A DNA stretch of 53,683 nucleotides, from NCBI GenBank assembly GCA_030427365.1, contig JAUHWW010000003.1, positions 1 through 53,683 of the forward strand. The letters are read 5' to 3'. Origin of the DNA: a bacterium (GTDB lineage: Bacteria > Patescibacteriota > Saccharimonadia > Saccharimonadales > SZUA-47). Made by a program: the position numbers and the translations under genes. Positions 48,344 to 53,683 of this stretch are shown here, in pieces. Within the stretch, counting starts at the first letter, position 1. Every line of letters starts with the position of its first letter. Below the pieces are notes generated by a model. The model saw nothing but the letters and a program-made list of their open reading frames with translations, did not search any database and was not told where the DNA came from.

Positions 48344-49847
48344 TTTGCTCAGCGACCCCCATTTCCACCAATAATGCAACATCTGCATCTGAAAGCGGCA
48401 GTTTGTAGATATACTTGTGCAAGGCAATTTTTTTATCGGTTATTAGAGGGTCTATGCTGCGTTCAAGCACATTCGCAAAAGGCGTCTCACCCCCACTAAA
48501 AAGTTCAATTTCACTCATCGAACTATCGTCTTCTTCCTCTTCTCGGATTTCAACGATCTCGACATTTGCAGACATAGTCTCCAGTCCTGCAATCCTTTCA
48601 GCAATGATTCGATGCCTTCGCAAATCACCCAATCCCTCACTATCTAAAGGCAAGCAGCCGATGTTTGGAGCAAAACTAAAGGGGTCTCCGTTTGGTTCCG
48701 CCCAACTGTCGTCAGACGTGAAGTCTGTAACTCTAATATCAGGATTGCTCTGTTGCAATTCAAGTAGTCTTTCGCTGAGAGGTTTATTGAAATTTAATAG
48801 CCCCGTTGATCCTTCAGGAACAACTCGCCCCTCTTGGATAAGTTGGAGCGATACTGCATTGCGATATTCAGTTTCTGTTAGGTTGTCAAGCGGACCTGTC
48901 TTTGCTGCGACTCGCCGTAACACTTCTTCCTGATCAAGAGTGATTGCAACCGGCATGCCGTTTGTCTTCGTCATAGTAAGACCAGTCATTCGTGCAATTT
49001 CTACCCTGAGTCGAGCAATCATCTCTTCACGCACGCCGTCATACGCCGTTGCAGCAGTAGCTGTAGCTTCTTCAGGATTGATAACATAACGATCCCGCGA
49101 ATCACTCCATACTATAAAATCATCATCCGTGCCAAAACGATAGCCATAGTGACACCGCGTATTATCAAGCATTAAATCTGTCATCTGCCTTGCCTTTGTC
49201 GGAGGCGTATTATCAAGACGCGTTCCAAACCATCCCCCCTTCGTAAAGACCGAATGCACGAGCCCACGCCACTCACCAACGTGATTTAAAAGTCGAATGC
49301 AGTCATCATCTGGATCAAAGGTACCTTCATCGTTATTTATCGTTGCATTGCAGTGAACCGGATATGGGGTAGCAATACGAACATCTTCATAGTGAAAATC
49401 TCTCGTTTCCCCATCCACGTTTTCACTAATTCGAATAAAGAATCCGAGATCATCATCTACAACACTTTCAAGCTGTAGTAAGCCATCCGGCATATACTCA
49501 ATATCCTGAATAAATACACCATCTTCATCGGCACTTGAATCAGGAGTTAAGGCAGTATCTTGCACAGCATTACCACCAGCAAGGACATTGATATTTTCGG
49601 CGATTGGCCAGTAATTAAATTCCCCGACGTGCATATTCTTAGCCTCACCGTCGTACTCAGCACTATCTGATGTTGGGTCAAACGCAAGACTTAAGACTGA
49701 ATATACTAAGTAAGCAGTAGCCACTCCGCCAACACCTACAGAGATACCTTTAATTGTATTTCTGAACCCATTTACTACACGCTCTCCAAAACTGGGCCGC
49801 ATTTCTGGACCGATCATCTCTGGAGGTATGAGGGGTTGACCATTCAT
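48336..49847 (-). CDS. hypothetical protein A (N-terminal TM anchor, large extracytoplasmic domain, acidic C-terminus; first gene of the orphan operon)
   Basis: 503 aa. TM GISVGVGGVATAYLVYSVLSLAF. AAGGTGA SD 5 nt upstream of the ATG. Confidence 0.6.
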   Translation of the reverse strand: MNGQPLIPPEMIGPEMRPSFGERVVNGFRNTIKGISVGVGGVATAYLVYSVLSLAFDPTSDSAEYDGEAKNMHVGEFNYWPIAENINVLAGGNAVQDTALTPDSSADEDGVFIQDIEYMPDGLLQLESVVDDDLGFFIRISENVDGETRDFHYEDVRIATPYPVHCNATINNDEGTFDPDDDCIRLLNHVGEWRGLVHSVFTKGGWFGTRLDNTPPTKARQMTDLMLDNTRCHYGYRFGTDDDFIVWSDSRDRYVINPEEATATAATAYDGVREEMIARLRVEIARMTGLTMTKTNGMPVAITLDQEEVLRRVAAKTGPLDNLTETEYRNAVSLQLIQEGRVVPEGSTGLLNFNKPLSERLLELQQSNPDIRVTDFTSDDSWAEPNGDPFSFAPNIGCLPLDSEGLGDLRRHRIIAERIAGLETMSANVEIVEIREEEEDDSSMSEIELFSGGETPFANVLERSIDPLITDKKIALHKYIYKLPLSDADVALLVEMGVAEQNE

Positions 49848-49985
49848 CGATTCACCTTACGGGGGGTGGTGTTGTTCAGTAGATGTAAATCCAAGAGCAT
49901 CAAAGAGCACGTGCCGAAAGATGCCTCATCCACCCTACCGATAAGGGATTTTCGCATGCCCAAATTATGCTCCGCTTTTTCTACT

Positions 49986-50014
49986 ACTTTACAGAGAGAA
50001 TAACAGAGTGTCAA
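49986..50014 (-). promoter_or_regulatory. sigma70-type promoter TTGACA-N17-TAAAGT for the orphan operon (approx 130-nt leader)
   Basis: Reverse complement read directly: -35 at 50009-50014 and -10 at 49986-49991. Confidence 0.5.
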
Positions 50015-50075
50015 AAGATAATGGATATAATTGCAAAACTATTTTATAATTCTTATGCTTAAGTAAGCTCTTTAT

Positions 50076-50279
50076 CTAGCCGTTGTCGGCCATGACTTCG
50101 AGGCCTTCTAGAAAAAAAGCTGCACTTCTTAGCACTCCGGATGCAACATCCTGCACAACAGGCTGTTTTGCAGCTATCCCAAGTACTATTAGCCCAAGCC
50201 CTGCCATAAGTTCTGCTTTGCTGAACTTGTATCGGCCGTCCGGGTGATAGTGTGAATCAATATCTTTCTCGGCTCTCAT
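50076..50279 (-). CDS. hypothetical small membrane protein
   Basis: 67 aa from ATG 50279, which forms an ATGA overlap with the trhO stop. One hydrophobic helix (LMAGLGLIVLGIAA). Confidence 0.35.
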   Translation of the reverse strand: MRAEKDIDSHYHPDGRYKFSKAELMAGLGLIVLGIAAKQPVVQDVASGVLRSAAFFLEGLEVMADNG

Positions 50280-51151
50280 GCTGTTTTCATTTTGTTGGCA
50301 CACGACTCACACACAACATGTAATTGCCGTCTGATGTTTTCTGAGTTTTGGAGGTTGCTCGTCTTTTTGCCGCACTGTTCACATTCGGCAATGTCTTCAG
50401 CCTCGTCAGAAAAGCTCATTTGCATCCGATCATCAAACACAAATAATTTGCCTTCCCAGAGTCCTTTGTCCTTGAATTTTTCACCGTATTTTACAATCCC
50501 ACCATCCATTTGATAGACCTCTTCGTAGCCGCGGTTTTTCATCATCGCGCTCAATATCTCGCAACGAATGCCGCCAGTGCAATACGTCACAATCGGCTTG
50601 TCTTTGTGCTTGCTGATCTCGCCTTCTTCAATATCTTTTTTAAAGTCGCGGCTGGTCTCAGTCTGGGGAATAATCGTGTTTTTGAATTTACCGATTTTGG
50701 CCTCGTACATATTGCGGCCATCGTAGAATATGACATCCTGACCAGCTTTCTTTTTCTCATCGAGCATTTTGTGCAGTGCTGCTGGCTTCAAATGCTTGCC
50801 GCCGTTTTCGATCCCGCGCTCTGATACCACAATTTCATCAGCTGCATCAAAGGCGACAATCTCAGGCTTTACTTTTACTTTTAATTTCGGAAAATCTTCC
50901 CGTGATCCGTTCGACCACTTGTACACAATTTTCTTGAACTGGTCGGTGTCACTCATTGCTCGCTTGTAAAGCTCAAGATCGTGTTTGCTACCACCCAGCG
51001 TCCCGTTTATGCCGTGTGGACTGATGAGTACTCTGCCCCTCAAATTCAAACGCGTGCACAGTTCGCGTTGCCAACGCATCGTCATATCAGGGTCGGCAAT
51101 CGGCACAAACTTATAGAATAGTATTATCTTTTGCGAATCGGTTTCTTTCAT
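50276..51151 (-). CDS. trhO: rhodanese-domain tRNA uridine(34) hydroxylase (UPF0176/TrhO family)
   Basis: ILFYKF...RGRVLISPHGINGT N-terminus, rhodanese active-site loop YCTGGIRCE and a C-terminal Cys cluster. Confidence 0.85.
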   Translation of the reverse strand: MKETDSQKIILFYKFVPIADPDMTMRWQRELCTRLNLRGRVLISPHGINGTLGGSKHDLELYKRAMSDTDQFKKIVYKWSNGSREDFPKLKVKVKPEIVAFDAADEIVVSERGIENGGKHLKPAALHKMLDEKKKAGQDVIFYDGRNMYEAKIGKFKNTIIPQTETSRDFKKDIEEGEISKHKDKPIVTYCTGGIRCEILSAMMKNRGYEEVYQMDGGIVKYGEKFKDKGLWEGKLFVFDDRMQMSFSDEAEDIAECEQCGKKTSNLQNSENIRRQLHVVCESCANKMKTA

Positions 51152-51165
51152 AATCTAAGGAGTAA

Positions 51166-53106
51166 TTATAGCAAATCGGTAAAAATAGCCAGCAGCGCGA
51201 TAAAAATAATGCCACACACGACGCCGAGTGCTGCCGCGGCCGCGTTCGAAATAAATGGTTTGTCGGCAAAGCTCGAGTCAAAATCCTGCACTTTATTTGA
51301 TATTTGCTGCAGAGGCGAACCGCCATCGAAATCTATGTCACTCGGCATATCACTCTTTGGCTGAGGTGCGCTCGGAGGTATAGCATTCGTTTGCCCGGAT
51401 GCACTGGCAACACCCGCCGCCCCAGCCGCTGCGCCTGATGCTTGAAGCGGTCTATTTTCTTTTTCATGACGCAGCTCTCGCTCCTCATATCGCCCTTTAT
51501 CTAGCGACTGATTCAATACCCGCTCGTAGTCTTCACCCTTTAGATAGGCATCGACAACGCGGCGCATATCTTTCATATCGATACGTTTTGCTTCCAAAAG
51601 CTGCCTCAAACCAACGCGATTCTCCATCTGTATGCTTGATGCCACGTTGAGTAGCTGCTGATCACTCATCGTTTCTACTCGCAGTCTTTCGTTGCCCCGA
51701 CTTGCCTGTGACTGCGTCTTTTCATCACCTGAATCAGCCGCGTATGATTCTGCAGATCGCGGCGCAGCGGACACTTCATTTTCTTCATCAGGAATTGCTT
51801 CGGCTACTTTTCCGCCCAAAATAACCGGCGCTTCGGCCGCAGGGACTGCCGTTATCTCGTCGACGCCTTTCGTATCGATCACTTTCTCAAACGCTTCTTC
51901 ATGCCGGGCAAATTCGTCTTTTTCAGCTGCCATCGTCTCTGCAGCCGCTTTCGCTTCCTCAGCTACCGCTTTTTTATCGATTTCAGGAGCCTCTTTTTCC
52001 ACAGTATCTTCCATGGACTGCTGGCTGGCCGCCGCTTCACGAACTTCAGATTCTGCTTTATCAAGTTGCTGCGTCAAGCGGCTGAGGTCTGCTTCTTGCT
52101 GATCAATCGTTCGTTCTTGCGCGTCTATCTGCGGCTGCATACGAGCTTCAGTGCGCTTTCGTCCACCTCGGCGACCAAGCATATACCCGACAGCGCCTGC
52201 TGCGGCGATCTTCGGACCAATGCGACGTGAAGACGTATCATCGGTCTCTTCATCATCAGGATCAGTATCAAGTGGCGGCGTTGGCGGCAAATTTTGTTGC
52301 TGGTTCGGATTGAAAGGTGGCTGTGGCGGCTGTGGTGGGGTTGGAGGGGTTGGCGGCGGAGTTGGTGGTTGCGTCGGTGGCTGCGGAGGACGAGGTGGCT
52401 GGGTTGGAGGTGGCGTTGGCGGAACCGGAGGCGGTGTAACAGGTGTTCCTGGCTCTTCTTCTGCTACCGATTCCTGCACGTCCAGCACACCTTCTTCGCC
52501 GTTCGATTCGGCATCAAGTTCGACTTCTACTTCCTCAAGGGTTGCATCTGGGATCGGATTTTCCAGCACTTCTTCTCGCGCGTTTTCAATTGCATTGGTT
52601 GGCGGTTCACCCTCATGAAGCTTGTCACGCACCCCCTCAAGGAGCTCTGCATCAGCGAGTAATTCTCCCACTTGCTGCGGCTCGCTTGCTGTAATTTCTT
52701 CGTCAACTTGTTCGATTCGTTCTTCTACAGCTGCATCGAATTGCTCATTCTCAACACTTTCGCTCGCTGGATCAGTTTCAGCGGAGTCAGTTGATTCAGG
52801 GTTTAAATAAACATTCGCGAGTGGGTCAGCAGTCTTCTCTTCTGGCTTGCCGGCATCATCATCCACTTCAACAACGCCTTCTTCGGCGCCGAACCATTCC
52901 ATAATTGATTTGGGCTTTTCTTCATCAGCCTCTTTGTCTTTATCTTTGGAGAACGCTTCAAATAAGCTCTTCCCCCGTTCGGCCTTCGCTTCAACTTCAT
53001 CGTCATCATCTTTTTCAAGATCAGCATCATCAACTTCCCACTTCTTCTTGTGCTCTTCAGCATCGTCGGAGTTGTTGTCAGAAAATCCTTCTAATCCAGT
53101 AGCCAT
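51166..53106 (-). CDS. hypothetical tail-anchored protein (acidic N-terminus, poly-Pro block, coiled-coil, C-terminal TM)
   Basis: 646 aa. D/E-rich first 230 aa, an approx 60-aa PPxP block, a charged helical middle and the C-terminal helix ALGVVCGIIFIALLAIF. Confidence 0.65.
   Translation of the reverse strand: MATGLEGFSDNNSDDAEEHKKKWEVDDADLEKDDDDEVEAKAERGKSLFEAFSKDKDKEADEEKPKSIMEWFGAEEGVVEVDDDAGKPEEKTADPLANVYLNPESTDSAETDPASESVENEQFDAAVEERIEQVDEEITASEPQQVGELLADAELLEGVRDKLHEGEPPTNAIENAREEVLENPIPDATLEEVEVELDAESNGEEGVLDVQESVAEEEPGTPVTPPPVPPTPPPTQPPRPPQPPTQPPTPPPTPPTPPQPPQPPFNPNQQQNLPPTPPLDTDPDDEETDDTSSRRIGPKIAAAGAVGYMLGRRGGRKRTEARMQPQIDAQERTIDQQEADLSRLTQQLDKAESEVREAAASQQSMEDTVEKEAPEIDKKAVAEEAKAAAETMAAEKDEFARHEEAFEKVIDTKGVDEITAVPAAEAPVILGGKVAEAIPDEENEVSAAPRSAESYAADSGDEKTQSQASRGNERLRVETMSDQQLLNVASSIQMENRVGLRQLLEAKRIDMKDMRRVVDAYLKGEDYERVLNQSLDKGRYEERELRHEKENRPLQASGAAAGAAGVASASGQTNAIPPSAPQPKSDMPSDIDFDGGSPLQQISNKVQDFDSSFADKPFISNAAAAALGVVCGIIFIALLAIFTDLL
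52270..52452. repeat. low-complexity GGN/CCN repeat DNA encoding the poly-proline block
   Basis: Plus strand reads ggtggctgtggcggctgtggtggggttggaggggttggcgg... It encodes PPTPPPTQPPRPPQPP on the minus strand. Confidence 0.8.
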
Positions 53107-53115
53107 AACAGATGT

Positions 53116-53124
53116 AGTCTAGCA
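53116..53124 (-). promoter_or_regulatory. extended -10 box TGCTAGACT, 9 nt upstream of ATG 53106
   Basis: Reverse complement of agtctagca, no SD. Confidence 0.4.
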
Positions 53125-53228
53125 CTTTTTACATCATTTCACTATTGCCATATGCTTTTCTTGCAAATGTGATATTTGTCACGAAGCGCATAAAATGCTT
53201 GCGCTGGCCTTGTGAAAGGAGTACCATT

Positions 53229-53360
53229 GTGAAACCTTTTAAAAATTTCTATACATACGAACGGCAAGTCGTGAGCTTCATATGTGGCTTTCGTGTTCAG
53301 AGTATTACAGGAAGAATGCAGGTGGAGTTTTCTCTGGTGGAGGCTATGCATACTGCATAG
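53229..53360 (+). CDS. candidate 43-codon small ORF in the large intergenic region
   Basis: AAAGGAG SD at 53215-53221, a 7-nt spacer, then GTG 53229. No similarity recognised. Confidence 0.25.
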   Translation: MKPFKNFYTYERQVVSFICGFRVQSITGRMQVEFSLVEAMHTA

Positions 53361-53490
53361 GAGACAGCAGAAAAACACCAGCTGCGTCTTACCTGACTGC
53401 TCTGAAGCGAAATTGCACATGTGAAACTCGCGGCGCATTAGCCCGGTCCAATTTGAAATAAAAAGAGACGATAAGGTACAGGAGTCACAA

Positions 53491-53683
53491 GTGAAATCAC
53501 TCGCTCGCGAGACGCTGCGAATTTATTTTCAGGCAGCCCTGGAGTATAAGGGCTATGTTATCGGCTTGCTTCTTTGGATGCCGGTACTTATTGTGCTGCA
53601 CCAGATTATCCCACCCTTTATCGTAGCTAACGTTCTCGACCGACTCGCCGAAGGCTCATTCACTCCTGGCGATGTCTGGGGCA
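53491..53683 (+). CDS. ABC transporter permease/ATP-binding protein, N-terminal fragment (runs off the window)
   Basis: GTG 53491 is preceded by a GGAG SD. VKSLARETLRIYFQAALEYKGYVIGLLLWMPVLIVLHQIIPPFIVANVLDRL resembles the first TM helix region of MsbA-type exporters. Confidence 0.5.
   Translation, partial: MKSLARETLRIYFQAALEYKGYVIGLLLWMPVLIVLHQIIPPFIVANVLDRLAEGSFTPGDVWG

Noticed and set aside
48344-48427. N-terminal 28-codon extension of gene B, and similar longest-ORF extensions at 974-1009, 914-934, 11092-11100, 15999-16004 and 19912-19917
   Set aside because: The extensions overlap upstream genes or the promoter -10 boxes. The internal ATGs give canonical N-termini (signal anchors, conserved family starts).
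38203-49847. Prophage, ICE or type IV secretion interpretation of the orphan operon
   Set aside because: There is no integrase, terminase, portal, capsid, relaxase, VirB4/VirD4-type P-loop ATPase or VirB6-like polytopic protein, and no att-like repeats. GC content and codon look match the flanks. The nearest tRNA genes are 12 kb away.
52151-52694. Gly/Cys/Trp-rich plus-strand ORFs (155, 122 and 83 aa)
   Set aside because: They are mirror images of the CCN proline-repeat DNA of the 646-aa minus-strand gene, so they are low-complexity artefacts.
53142-53438. 98-aa minus-strand ORF in the large intergenic region
   Set aside because: It is Cys/His/Phe-rich with odd composition and no SD or -10 box at its start. 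It also overlaps the better-supported plus-strand small-ORF candidate.

Overview
Compact, gene-dense bacterial chromosome segment. About 50 of roughly 57 genes are on the minus strand, and many start/stop codons overlap. The content is a reduced housekeeping set, several peptidoglycan genes, many single-pass membrane-anchored orphan proteins and no biosynthetic operons. This suggests a small-genome CPR/Patescibacteria organism, most like Saccharibacteria (TM7); that assignment is inference only. Recognisable genes: an ArsR-glutaredoxin-DUF427 operon, Ni-superoxide dismutase sodN with its maturation protease sodX, trmD, a KH protein, rpsP, rnc, a NUDIX gene, nusB, rpmF, leuS, a WhiB-like protein, a class IV aminotransferase, ddl, a murF-like ligase, an alpha/beta hydrolase, an L,D-transpeptidase, a HAM1 NTPase, ligA, htpX, lemA, an FAD oxidoreductase, a family-5 solute-binding protein, secG, a DUF360 holin-like protein, an Xaa-Pro aminopeptidase, uvrC, a lipoprotein class A PBP, trhO, the 5' end of an ABC exporter, and tRNA-Ala(GGC), tRNA-Val(TAC) and tRNA-Leu(GAG). 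The stand-out region is 33.9-49.85 kb, a cell-wall-themed island. Its core (38.2-49.85 kb) is an eight-gene, translationally coupled operon of orphan proteins: five membrane-anchored or secreted and three cytosolic. It is built around a 1078-aa hydrolase carrying amidase_2, M23 and SLT domains, and has no ATPase, channel, relaxase or phage hallmark. I flag it as a candidate undescribed envelope or host-wall-attack module. A second sequence-level signal recurs across the window: an extended -10 box (TGnTAnAmT) sits 6-9 nt upstream of ATG codons with no Shine-Dalgarno, which implies widespread leaderless mRNAs. No CRISPR array, rRNA, transposase or integrase was seen.
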